From Spirochaetia bacterium (lineage in GTDB: Bacteria > Spirochaetota > Spirochaetia > UBA9216), in assembly GCA_963675665.1 (NCBI GenBank), contig OY776510.1:1504001-1568000 (forward strand): 64,000 nucleotides of DNA, given 5' to 3'. The translations under genes and the position numbers were made by a program. Below, one piece after another: positions 1 through 9,033 of this stretch. How positions within the stretch are numbered: the first letter of the stretch is position 1; each line of letters starts with the position of its first letter. Under the pieces are notes generated by a model. That model worked only from the letters and a program-made list of their open reading frames with translations. It was not told the DNA's origin and did no database searches.

Positions 1-1
1 T

Positions 2-655
2 GAGGCCCCTGTTGTTGAGGTTTCCGAAGGCATCGATGTTATCCATGAGGATGAAGACGAGCATCAGGAAGGTGAACAAGAGGAAGGTGAAGAACACCAT
101 CACGCAGAAGGCGATCCTCACACCTGGATGAGCCTGCGGAATGCAGAGGTCTGGGTTCGCAATATTGCGGAAGCTTTAACGGAAGCCGATCCTTCAAACG
201 GCAGCTATTACAATGAAAATGCCGAAGTATATTTAAAAGAAATCAGGGAGCTGGATAATGATATTGCGTCGGCAGTTGATGATATCCCCGTAAACAGGAG
301 GATGATTATTTCAGATCACGCGGTTTTCAATTATTTTGCAAGGGATTACGGCTTTGAGGTTTCGGGGACAATTCTCCCTTCATTTTCTACAAACTCTGAG
401 GCTTCCGCGAAGCATTTGGGTGAACTTGTAGATATAATAAACAGAAAAGACATAAAAGCGATCTTTGTAGGCGCTTCGGCCGGGGAAGATCTGACAAAAC
501 TCGCTGAGGCATTGTCTGAAGAGAGCGGAACTGATATTAATATAATAACTATCCTCACCGGCTCTCTGGCTCCTGAAGGTTCATCGGGCGATACCTATCT
601 CGGCTACTTCAGATATAATGCCGAAAAGATAGTTAAAGGACTTTCAACTGAATAA
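2..655 (+). CDS. Zn/Mn ABC transporter substrate-binding protein (TroA/ZnuA family), 5'-truncated by the window edge
   Basis: Frame open from base 2; His/Glu-rich loop HEDEDEHQEGEQEEGEEHHHAEG followed by DPHTW; H-AVFNYFARDYG motif; ATPase and permease follow. Confidence 0.92.
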   Translation, partial: EAPVVEVSEGIDVIHEDEDEHQEGEQEEGEEHHHAEGDPHTWMSLRNAEVWVRNIAEALTEADPSNGSYYNENAEVYLKEIRELDNDIASAVDDIPVNRRMIISDHAVFNYFARDYGFEVSGTILPSFSTNSEASAKHLGELVDIINRKDIKAIFVGASAGEDLTKLAEALSEESGTDINIITILTGSLAPEGSSGDTYLGYFRYNAEKIVKGLSTE

Positions 656-1457
656 TATATTCTGTTACGGAAAAAGCTGCGATAAACCCGTTGTCCCTGA
701 TACGCCGGCCCTCGATATACGGGGGCTGTCTTTCGCGTATCCGAAGACGGGAAAAAAAGTACTTGAAGATATCTCTCTTAAAATCAACCCGGGTGAGAAA
801 GTAGCCCTGGTAGGACCGAACGGGGCCGGCAAATCAACATTGATGAAGGTCATTCTCGGGCTTGAAGAAATTCGGGAGGGACATATTGAGATCTTCGGAA
901 CAAAAGCCCACGGGTGCAGACACAGGGTTGCCATGGTTCCGCAGAAAACAGCCGTCGACTGGTCTTTTCCGATTAATGTGCGTCAGGTCGTAAGTATGGG
1001 AAGGTATGTCCATCTAGGTTGGTTCAGGAATCTTCGAAAAATCGATAATGAAAAAGTTGATGAAGTGATGGAAATTATGGATATAACCGACCTTTCCGCA
1101 AGGCAGATAGGCGAGCTTTCAGGCGGACAGCAGCAGCGGGTCATGCTTGCGCGAACGCTTGCCCACGATGCCGATCTGCTTTTGATGGATGAACCTTTAA
1201 ATCATGTCGATATATCAACGCAGGAGTTGATGTTTCATACTATAGAAGAGCTTTGCAGTAAAGGCAAAACAGTTATAGTCAGTACTCACGACCTGGGCAT
1301 CCTTACCGTTCATTTCAGCAGGGCGCTTTTTCTGGATAAAACTGTTATTGCGGACGGTCCGGTAAAAGAGGTTCTCACGCCTGAAAACATTGCGCGCGCC
1401 TACGGTTTTGAATTTCATGAAAACTATACTGATCTCGGGAGGCCTGGCTGTGATTGA
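648..1457 (+). CDS. Metal ABC transporter ATP-binding protein (ZnuC/TroB-like); probable CTG start at 648
   Basis: Walker A GPNGAGKST lies upstream of the ORF-track start (840); LSGGQ signature; Walker B LLLMDEP; AAGGA SD 7 nt before CTG648. Confidence 0.9.
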   Translation: MNNIFCYGKSCDKPVVPDTPALDIRGLSFAYPKTGKKVLEDISLKINPGEKVALVGPNGAGKSTLMKVILGLEEIREGHIEIFGTKAHGCRHRVAMVPQKTAVDWSFPINVRQVVSMGRYVHLGWFRNLRKIDNEKVDEVMEIMDITDLSARQIGELSGGQQQRVMLARTLAHDADLLLMDEPLNHVDISTQELMFHTIEELCSKGKTVIVSTHDLGILTVHFSRALFLDKTVIADGPVKEVLTPENIARAYGFEFHENYTDLGRPGCD

Positions 1458-2283
1458 TATAATTCTTGAACCGCTCGGTTACGGATTTTTCCGCTGGGGG
1501 CTGATTGCAGGAATTATTACGGCAATAGCATGCGGCGTGCTCAGCGGTTTTATTGTATGGCGCGGTATGGCTTTCATCGGCGACGCCATGGCCCATGCGA
1601 TACTGCCCGGTATTGTCCTCGCGGTTATCTTCGGCTTTCATATATTACTGGGAGCGCTTGGGGCCGCGCTTGTTTCCGTTGTCGGTATAGGCGTGATATC
1701 CGGTCGAAAAGGTTTCAAGGAAGACACCGCAATCGGAGTGATCTTTGCCGGGGCGTTTGCCCTGGGAATTCTTCTGATGAGCATGGTTTCGTCAATGAAA
1801 GACCTGTCTCATATTCTGTTCGGAAATATTCTCGGCATATCAAGATTTGATCTCATCCTTATTTCCATTGTGGGCGTGCTGGTTGTTCTTGCAGTGTTTC
1901 TTTTTTATAAGGAAATCCTGGTTACCAGCTTCGATCCGACTCATTCCACGGCTATAGGACTTTCGCCGAAATTTATTCATTACAGTTTGCTTATATTGAT
2001 AGCGGCCACCACGGTAATAGCCGCCCAGACTGTAGGAGTAGTGCTTGTTCTGGCGCTGATGGTTACCCCGGCGGCAACAGCGTCGCTTCTTGTGAAAAAT
2101 CTGCCCCGGATTATTTTACTCTCGGATATTTTTGCAGTGATCTCGGTAATTCTCGGGTTTTATTTGTCTTATTACTTTGATCTTGCTTCCGGAGCAACAA
2201 TCGTTATTGTTCTGACTGCTTTTTTTCTGGTTTCCTTTCTTGTTTCAGTTTTCAACAGGGGTTTTTTCAGACGAAAATCCTGA
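1450..2283 (+). CDS. Metal ABC transporter permease (ZnuB/ABC-3 family)
   Basis: GDAMAHAILPG motif, multiple TM helices; GTG1450 with GGGAGG SD overlaps the ATPase 3' end. Confidence 0.92.
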   Translation: MIDIILEPLGYGFFRWGLIAGIITAIACGVLSGFIVWRGMAFIGDAMAHAILPGIVLAVIFGFHILLGALGAALVSVVGIGVISGRKGFKEDTAIGVIFAGAFALGILLMSMVSSMKDLSHILFGNILGISRFDLILISIVGVLVVLAVFLFYKEILVTSFDPTHSTAIGLSPKFIHYSLLILIAATTVIAAQTVGVVLVLALMVTPAATASLLVKNLPRIILLSDIFAVISVILGFYLSYYFDLASGATIVIVLTAFFLVSFLVSVFNRGFFRRKS

Positions 2284-2464
2284 TTTCAGTCAAAAGCGGC
2301 AAAATTTATCCTTATTTTTATAAAAATAGCAGCAGATTAATACTCAGGTTATATGGTAATTACAGCAAACCCGTGTGAAAATACATTTATTAAAAAAAGA
2401 AATGATAAAAAGTTATGATTTAAAAATCCAGTTCAGATAGTACAGTTAAAAATTATTGTACCGC

Positions 2465-2504
2465 GGACCGCTAGGGAATGGGCCTCCCCAGTGGTCTTTT
2501 TTTT
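2465..2504 (+). terminator. Intrinsic terminator
   Basis: GGACCGCT-A-GGGA / TCCC-C-AGTGGTCT stem followed by a run of T. Confidence 0.75.
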
Positions 2505-2629
2505 CCCCCTTCTCCTGCAATGTTCGTTGTGTGATACGGTTTTCCGTTATAATATATTTATATAGGGTTCGTCTTTCCGTAGGGGATCGGCGAAAATTAA
2601 AAATTTTTATTTATTTATAGGGGATTGGT

Positions 2630-3178
2630 ATGTTAAAAGTAGAATCACAAGGTATCAGTATGACAAAAGAAAACTGGGAAAAAGTATCAAGCAGAGTAAA
2701 AGCCGTTTTCAATTTCGGAATTGAAAAATCAGACTGGCTGGAAAATTGCCGTATGGCCAGATTAATAGCCGCAGTACCTTTTCTGGCCGGCTGCAACAAG
2801 GCGGAGGAAACCTCTTTTACAAATTTGGTGATTTATGTTCTGTCCATAGACGAGTCGTCGAAAGAGATTTATTTTCACAAGCCCGGAGACGACGCGGATC
2901 TTTACTCCAGATTGGCTCCCATAAATAATTTTCTGGGTGGAGATCAGAAAATTATACAATGCTGTATGGATTTAATTGCGCTCAATATGATAGCCGGTTA
3001 CAAGAGAGATATGAAGGAAGATGAAGCTATCGGAAAATATAATCCTTTAAATATCGGCAACTGGAATTATGATACAATGTCGGAAAAACTCGTTCAGGAT
3101 ATAAAAGCGGTCATTACATCGGAAATATCGTCGATATATACAATGGAAGATGCTCTTAGAGGTTTGTGGAGGATATAA
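2630..3178 (+). CDS. Hypothetical alpha-helical protein (start may be ATG2660)
   Basis: 182-aa ORF, co-oriented 15 nt upstream of the LuxR gene; contains YKRDMKEDEAIGKYNP. Confidence 0.75.
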   Translation: MLKVESQGISMTKENWEKVSSRVKAVFNFGIEKSDWLENCRMARLIAAVPFLAGCNKAEETSFTNLVIYVLSIDESSKEIYFHKPGDDADLYSRLAPINNFLGGDQKIIQCCMDLIALNMIAGYKRDMKEDEAIGKYNPLNIGNWNYDTMSEKLVQDIKAVITSEISSIYTMEDALRGLWRI

Positions 3179-3193
3179 TACCAGGGAGGAGAA

Positions 3194-3994
3194 GTGAGAA
3201 AATATTTTGGAACTGTTCAAAAAAGAGTAGGCCTGCTTATAAGTGTCCTTGATCTGATAGTAGTTATAACCAATTTTATTTTTGCAACAAAAAGGAGTGA
3301 TCTTTTTTTTGCATTAAAGGATATGGGAGTATGGCTGATGCTGCTGGTCGGCATCCCGTTTTTTCTCAGCATCTTTTTTGAAAACCGTTTCTATAAATTT
3401 CTTCAGTTTTCACTTTTCATATTGATAGGCTCCATCAATATCATGCAGGATTTTACAGAATTTTACGGTCCAAGTCTGTTTCTGATCAGTTGGCTTCTTA
3501 TGCGTCAATACGGCTTTCTGGATAAACACCGAATTCTCAAAAACTCACTCATGCTTGGAAGTCTTGTTGTATTGTCGCAGATATCGGCCAATGTAAATAC
3601 TGCTGAAGGCGCATATGCCGGGTTTTCGACTCTCTGGTATGCTTTGTTCCTCATCCTTATGCTGCTTGTCATCTGGCAGGACATTCTGAAGAACCAGGAA
3701 GATTTGAAAAAGGAAAACCGGTTTCTGAAAATAAACTATAAGGAACTTGAAGCGCAGCTGACAGAAATTGAAAGCGAAAAAAAACCCTATGATCTGAAAG
3801 CTGCGAAAATTTCACCTGCGGAAGAAAGGGTTATCAAGGTTCTTACTATCTATAAAGCAAGCAACAGGGAAATCGCCGAGCGCCTGGACATTGCAGAGTC
3901 CACAGTTAAACTGCATCTTTATAATATCTATAACAAAATAGGCGTGGACAACAGGTTTGCAATAATAGATTTGTGCAAATATAACTTTAGCTGA
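3194..3994 (+). CDS. Membrane-anchored LuxR-family HTH transcriptional regulator
   Basis: About 5-6 hydrophobic segments, a coiled coil, then ISPAEERVIKVL..SNREIAERLDIAESTVKLHLYNIYNKIGV; GGAG SD. Confidence 0.9.
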   Translation: MRKYFGTVQKRVGLLISVLDLIVVITNFIFATKRSDLFFALKDMGVWLMLLVGIPFFLSIFFENRFYKFLQFSLFILIGSINIMQDFTEFYGPSLFLISWLLMRQYGFLDKHRILKNSLMLGSLVVLSQISANVNTAEGAYAGFSTLWYALFLILMLLVIWQDILKNQEDLKKENRFLKINYKELEAQLTEIESEKKPYDLKAAKISPAEERVIKVLTIYKASNREIAERLDIAESTVKLHLYNIYNKIGVDNRFAIIDLCKYNFS

Positions 3995-4016
3995 GAAGCC
4001 GGGCTGATATAATTTT

Positions 4017-5561
4017 TTATCTTCGTATATAGGACAGCTCTTCGGGCAGGACTATGTTGTTGCCGTAGGAGTCTTCGCCGTATCCGTAATCGGCAAGGAC
4101 TTCAATATCGGCTAAAACCCGTTTGTCACCATGAAATGATACTATCAGATCTGTTTTCAGATCGATTTTACCCTGGGCCAGAAGGTTTGCTATGGCTCTG
4201 TTTGCAAATTCTGCCAGAGTCTCCTCCGGAATTGCCTCAATATCGGGCAGGGAAAAATCGGTCGAGTAATTAATAATCTTCTTTTCTTCGAGCAGTTCGA
4301 GAAAAATTTCTTTAAGGCCTTTTTCAAAATTCTTGTTATATTCAAAATTCGTAATAGATTTGAGCTTGCTTATATTCCGGGCCAGGTTTCTTCTTTTTTC
4401 GGCATTGATTTTTTCATTTACACGGAATAAATTCATCGGGCTGGAGGCATCATATTTTTCCCCGTCTATCAGCAGATATACATCGCTTCCGTAATGCTGT
4501 ACTATCTTGGCAATAAGGGTTGACGGTCTGACATGAAAGCCTCTGTAGATGGGTACTTTCACATTAATAGTCCCTTCTTCCGCGTATTTCTTGATAACCT
4601 TTTTACAAAGGTTCTTTCCGGCTGTTAAAAATTGCTCGGAATAATTTAGATAATAATTAATCAGAATATCAAGAAGTTGATAAGCGGTTATCGACACGTT
4701 CGGGTCTTCCCGGTTCTCTTTTTCCAGGGGTTTTATATGGCGTTCATAGTAGTGAATTATTCTTGACGCTGCTTCAAGAAGGTGAAAAACAATTGAAGCA
4801 TGTCCGCGTATCAGTTTTAGATCACTGTCAAGATCTTCAATATCGGTATTGGAAATGTAGGTGTCATACAGGCTTTGAAGGTTATGAAATTTACACTCAA
4901 GAAGTCTGATTGAATCTTCACTGACAAGATCGGGAACCACTTTATTATAGTCTTCGCTTTGAATGTTCCTGATGTTTTTTAGCAGAATACTTTTGCTTTC
5001 CAGATTAAGGTATGATGTTGCAAGACTGACAATTACCTGTTCAGGTTTATCAACCTGAATTTTCTGGAAGTTGGAATCAAGTCTCCCGGCAGGATAATCC
5101 GGTGCTTTATACAATCCTTCAACCATGACTGTATTACGTTTCAGTCCGGCTGCATCCGCGTTTTCAAGAAGGCTTGAAAAGAGCATATACATATAGGTTG
5201 AATATCTTTTAAGAATTCCGTCGGTATCTGCAAGGAATTTATCAATTCCGCTGAGCAGCTGGTAATGCGGGGACGTAGATTTCAGGTGAAGCGTTATATA
5301 TGAAACATCGGTAAAAAGTTTGACGGATGCTATATTGTTTCGAAAGGGTCTCCAGACAAGATTATTCTTTGCATTATAGTAATCCAGAGTTTCTTCGAGT
5401 CTTGTAGCTGCGGCGTTAGCGCGTCCGAGAAAACTTGTATTAATAATGTCTTTTTTATTATCTACCGAAAATGCATAGTTTATGGCGGAGTTTAAGGGCG
5501 CAAAAAGCCGGTTTATAAGCTTCAAAAATGCTTCATTGTTGAATTCGGAATTCCTGTCCAT
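4017..5561 (-). CDS. Large HPr-domain-containing protein
   Basis: GFHVRPST (HPr His15 motif) and DASS (Ser46 region) in the C-terminal third of a 514-aa ORF. Confidence 0.8.
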   Translation of the reverse strand: MDRNSEFNNEAFLKLINRLFAPLNSAINYAFSVDNKKDIINTSFLGRANAAATRLEETLDYYNAKNNLVWRPFRNNIASVKLFTDVSYITLHLKSTSPHYQLLSGIDKFLADTDGILKRYSTYMYMLFSSLLENADAAGLKRNTVMVEGLYKAPDYPAGRLDSNFQKIQVDKPEQVIVSLATSYLNLESKSILLKNIRNIQSEDYNKVVPDLVSEDSIRLLECKFHNLQSLYDTYISNTDIEDLDSDLKLIRGHASIVFHLLEAASRIIHYYERHIKPLEKENREDPNVSITAYQLLDILINYYLNYSEQFLTAGKNLCKKVIKKYAEEGTINVKVPIYRGFHVRPSTLIAKIVQHYGSDVYLLIDGEKYDASSPMNLFRVNEKINAEKRRNLARNISKLKSITNFEYNKNFEKGLKEIFLELLEEKKIINYSTDFSLPDIEAIPEETLAEFANRAIANLLAQGKIDLKTDLIVSFHGDKRVLADIEVLADYGYGEDSYGNNIVLPEELSYIRR

Positions 5562-5653
5562 TAATTTAATTATCGTAGTATCTCTGTATACTTGTCAAAG
5601 AAATTTTGTATAATCAGCGTATCATTTGAAATATACGGCATGATATTGTTATT

Positions 5654-6058
5654 ATGGAGTGTCCTGAAATGATTCAAGTTACAGCTGCAGTAATTATAAA
5701 AAACGGAAAAATCCTTCTGTGCAGGCGTGCAGCAGGAGAAAACCTTGCCGGATACTGGGAATTCCCGGGAGGAAAACTCGAAACGGGTGAAAATCTGAAA
5801 CAATGTCTTGAACGTGAACTTTTCGAAGAACTTGGCGTTGAATCAACAGCCGGAGAAATAGTCGGCAGGAATATACACTGCTATGATGACGGTGAGATAG
5901 AACTTGTCGGTATTAAAACTGAACTGAAGTCCGAAAAGGCTGTGCCGACAGTTCATGACATGATGGAGTGGGTTCCGGTAGAACAAATTCCGGATTTCAG
6001 ACTGGCGCCGGCCGATATCCCCCTTGGCAAAATTGTAATGGAGAAGTTTAAAAAATGA
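5654..6058 (+). CDS. NUDIX hydrolase, MutT/NudG-like (deoxy)NTP pyrophosphohydrolase
   Basis: Nudix box WEFPGGKLETGENLKQCLERELFEELG; PAD motif. Confidence 0.92.
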   Translation: MECPEMIQVTAAVIIKNGKILLCRRAAGENLAGYWEFPGGKLETGENLKQCLERELFEELGVESTAGEIVGRNIHCYDDGEIELVGIKTELKSEKAVPTVHDMMEWVPVEQIPDFRLAPADIPLGKIVMEKFKK

Positions 6059-6579
6059 GTGTCCCCGATTTTCTGTTTGAGAGATGGACGGCGAAATATA
6101 TTCCTGATCTTGTAAAAAATGCTGATAATCCCAGGGTTGCGGAAACCCTCCGAAATATTTTCCCTAACCCTTACACAGAGGAAGATGCCGTATCATGGAT
6201 TAAAATATGCAGTGCAGCTGATGAAAGCCGTAATTTCGATCGGGCTGTTGTAATAGACGGTCGGGCAGCGGGAGGAATCGGGCTGATAATCGGGAACGAT
6301 GTTTATTCAAAAACGGCTGAACTCGGGTACTGGCTCGGCGAAGATTTTTGGGGGCAGGGCATAATGACGGCGGCTGTAAAGGAATTCTGCCGAATAGGGT
6401 TCGAACGGTTTGACATAGTAAGAATCTTTGCCGGCGCCTTTGCACATAATGCCGGGTCCCGGCAAGTTCTGGAAAAGGCCGGGTTCCGGCTCGAGGGCGT
6501 TCAGCGGATGAATATTTATAAAAACGGGAAATTCGGTGATTCATGTATGTATGCTCTGCTTAAAGACGAATTTGTCTGA
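6055..6579 (+). CDS. GNAT N-acetyltransferase (RimJ/RimL-like)
   Basis: AELGYWLGEDFWGQGIMT and N..S..VLEKAGF motifs. Confidence 0.92.
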   Translation: MSVPDFLFERWTAKYIPDLVKNADNPRVAETLRNIFPNPYTEEDAVSWIKICSAADESRNFDRAVVIDGRAAGGIGLIIGNDVYSKTAELGYWLGEDFWGQGIMTAAVKEFCRIGFERFDIVRIFAGAFAHNAGSRQVLEKAGFRLEGVQRMNIYKNGKFGDSCMYALLKDEFV

Positions 6580-6602
6580 AGGTTTTTTATAAGGAGAAGT
6601 AT

Positions 6603-7433
6603 GTGTTCAAACTTGTCAGTGAGCTTCATAAAAATGAAATAACGGACCTGGTTGACCGCATGGCAGCTGATGCTGATGCGGATTATTCCGGGGATTTACT
6701 GAAACTGACGGAGGTGATCAGGGATGACATTCCTGAAAGGAAGCGAATCTCTTACGGCCGTTACAGCATTATTAAAGAGACAGGACTGTTTATATACCCG
6801 CTTCTGAAAACAAATAAAATCGATCCGAACCGTCTTGCCGAGAGATTATATAATAACAAAAATGCCGATCCTTTCATCAGAAGCCTGGGCATACAGCTTA
6901 TGTCCGTTGATGCTGAGAATACCGGAAACCTTGAAACCGCGCTTGATTATTTTGAAAAGGCGGCTTCGGATGACTCCTGGATAGTCAGGGAATGTTCAAG
7001 CGGGTTTGTACGAAAACTAATCAGGGGATACTCCGAAACAATGAAAAAGTGGTATCTTGAAATGGTCAGCTCGGAAGATACTTTCAGGCGCCGTTTCGCC
7101 GGTGAATCTCTGAGGCCGGTAGCGGACAACCGCTGGTTTAAAAAGCAACCTGAATTCGCCTGGAATGTGCTTGAATGCCTGTTTCACGAACCGGCTGTAT
7201 ATCCGCGCACTTCAGCCGGAAACAGTCTCAGCGACTGGATGAGGATTGACCCCGACCGGACTTTGCCGGTTGTAAAAGAGCTGGCGGCAAACGGTGATAA
7301 AAATTCTTACTGGATTGCATACCGGGCCTGTCGAAATCTTGTTAAAAAAGAACCCTTGATGGTAATGGATATATTGAAAACCGATCACTATAAATACAAG
7401 GATCGTGATTATCACAGGGCGGATTACGAATGA
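6603..7433 (+). CDS. HEAT-repeat protein, DNA alkylation repair (AlkC/AlkD-like)
   Basis: AASDDSWIVRE, RRFAGESLRP, YPRTSAGNSLSD motifs typical of AlkC/D-type HEAT repeats. Confidence 0.7.
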   Translation: MFKLVSELHKNEITDLVDRMAADADADYSGDLLKLTEVIRDDIPERKRISYGRYSIIKETGLFIYPLLKTNKIDPNRLAERLYNNKNADPFIRSLGIQLMSVDAENTGNLETALDYFEKAASDDSWIVRECSSGFVRKLIRGYSETMKKWYLEMVSSEDTFRRRFAGESLRPVADNRWFKKQPEFAWNVLECLFHEPAVYPRTSAGNSLSDWMRIDPDRTLPVVKELAANGDKNSYWIAYRACRNLVKKEPLMVMDILKTDHYKYKDRDYHRADYE

Positions 7434-8560
7434 TTAAAGAGGTGACCGCCAAATCGATTCTGCGAAAAAACAGGCATATTGATTCGTGGTTTCTTTGCTC
7501 ATACGGGATTAACCTGTATCGGGGCTGTACACATAATTGTACGTATTGTGACGGGAGGGACGAAAAATACCAGGTAGAAGGCGATTTCGGAAATGAAATT
7601 TCCGTTAAAATAAACGCCGTCGAACTGCTTGACCGCGAGCTCGATCCGGCACGCAAGCGCAAACCTTTCAATAACGGTTTCATGTTCGTCTGCGGGGGCG
7701 TGAGTGATTCGTACCAGCATTTTGAAAAACAGTACGGACTAACCGGGAGAACACTTGAATTGCTTCTGAAATACGGTCACCCGGTGCATATGCTGACAAA
7801 ATCTACACTGATAAAGCGCGATATAGGATTGCTCGGGCAGATAAGAGAACGAAGCGGCGCAGTAATCAGTTTCAGTTTTTCAACCGTTGACGACAAGCTC
7901 GGGCGCATACTCGAACCCGGCGTTCCTCCCCCGTCTGACAGACTGGAGACGGTTAAACTCTTCAAGGATGCAGGCTTCGCTTGCGGAATGTATCTGATGC
8001 CGGTAGTTCCATTTCTGACGGATTCAGCTGAAATGATTGAGGCCTCGGTTGCGGCGGCGAAAGATGCCGGAATTGATTTTGTCTGTTTCGGAGGCATGAC
8101 GCTGAAACCCGGACGGCAGAAGGATTATTTCATGGATTTTATCAGCCGGGAATTTAACGGATTGCTGCCGAAATATGAAAAGCTGTACGGCAATAACAAC
8201 AGCTGGGGGTCGCCGCCGGCGGATTATGCCCGGATTACCGGCCGTCTTTTTGACAGCGCGGCGACGAGATACCGAATGCCGAAGCGGATGCCGCCGTTTC
8301 TGTGGGCCCCGCTTGTAAGCCGTTCGGAACAGATTATAATTATTCTTGAACAACTCGGCTACCTGGCGGAGCTTAAGGAAAAGAATAATCCCTACACGAG
8401 AGCTGCATGGACCCTCGTTAAGACCGAGAAGCGGCTTGAGGAGCTGGGGACGGATGAACTGAAGCGGTTTTCCGGTATAGGCGGGTTTACCTCGAAAATT
8501 ATACGTGAAATTGCAGAGACAGGCCGCAGTGCATATTATGAAAAGCTGCTGATCGGCTGA
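7430..8560 (+). CDS. Radical SAM protein, spore-photoproduct-lyase-like family, with C-terminal helix-hairpin-helix
   Basis: YRGCTHNCTYC (CxxxCxxC), SDSYQ, TKS, EPG motifs; C-terminal FSGIGG HhH. Confidence 0.9.
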   Translation: MIKEVTAKSILRKNRHIDSWFLCSYGINLYRGCTHNCTYCDGRDEKYQVEGDFGNEISVKINAVELLDRELDPARKRKPFNNGFMFVCGGVSDSYQHFEKQYGLTGRTLELLLKYGHPVHMLTKSTLIKRDIGLLGQIRERSGAVISFSFSTVDDKLGRILEPGVPPPSDRLETVKLFKDAGFACGMYLMPVVPFLTDSAEMIEASVAAAKDAGIDFVCFGGMTLKPGRQKDYFMDFISREFNGLLPKYEKLYGNNNSWGSPPADYARITGRLFDSAATRYRMPKRMPPFLWAPLVSRSEQIIIILEQLGYLAELKEKNNPYTRAAWTLVKTEKRLEELGTDELKRFSGIGGFTSKIIREIAETGRSAYYEKLLIG

Positions 8561-8585
8561 AATTTGAAGATTACCGGAGGAAGAA

Positions 8586-8951
8586 ATGGTTGTAAAAGGA
8601 ATCAATTTCAAGGAGAAGTTTTTGCTTTTCAACGAGTTGTGGAGCCCGAAGTGTATTGCCCGGGTTGATAACTATATAATAAAGATTGCAAAGATAAAGG
8701 ATGACTTTTCATGGCATACCCATGAAACCTGTGATGAAGTCTTTATGGTACATGAAGGCAGCATGAGGATTGATTTGAGAGGTTCGTCGGTCGAACTTTC
8801 GAAAGGTGAACTGTTTGTAGTTGAAAAGGGGCTGGAGCATAAACCGCATGCCGACGAGGTTTGCGAGATTATAATGTTTGAGCGTGAAGATGTTATTAAT
8901 ACCGGCGACAAGGTGAACGATTTCACGAAAAATGAGATGGAGTGGATATAG
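8586..8951 (+). CDS. Cupin-domain protein
   Basis: WSPK, WHTH..DEVF, GLEHKP cupin motifs. Confidence 0.9.
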   Translation: MVVKGINFKEKFLLFNELWSPKCIARVDNYIIKIAKIKDDFSWHTHETCDEVFMVHEGSMRIDLRGSSVELSKGELFVVEKGLEHKPHADEVCEIIMFEREDVINTGDKVNDFTKNEMEWI

Positions 8952-9033
8952 CCGGGCGGAGTTTATAGAAAAACAGAAAAAATTTGATTTTTAAAACTTT
9001 ATCCATAAGATTAAGAATGACGGGTAAAGTAAT

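Noticed and set aside
2473-2490. GGGAATGGGCCTCCC resembles the 5' stem of a fluoride riboswitch
   Set aside because: The downstream pseudoknot partner (GCTRATGAC..CTAC-like) is absent and there is no fluoride-related gene; it is explained as part of a terminator
2364-2600. GCAAAC..GAAA and a later hairpin suggestive of a c-di-GMP-I riboswitch
   Set aside because: No GGACGCAAA-type element or correctly spaced second stem
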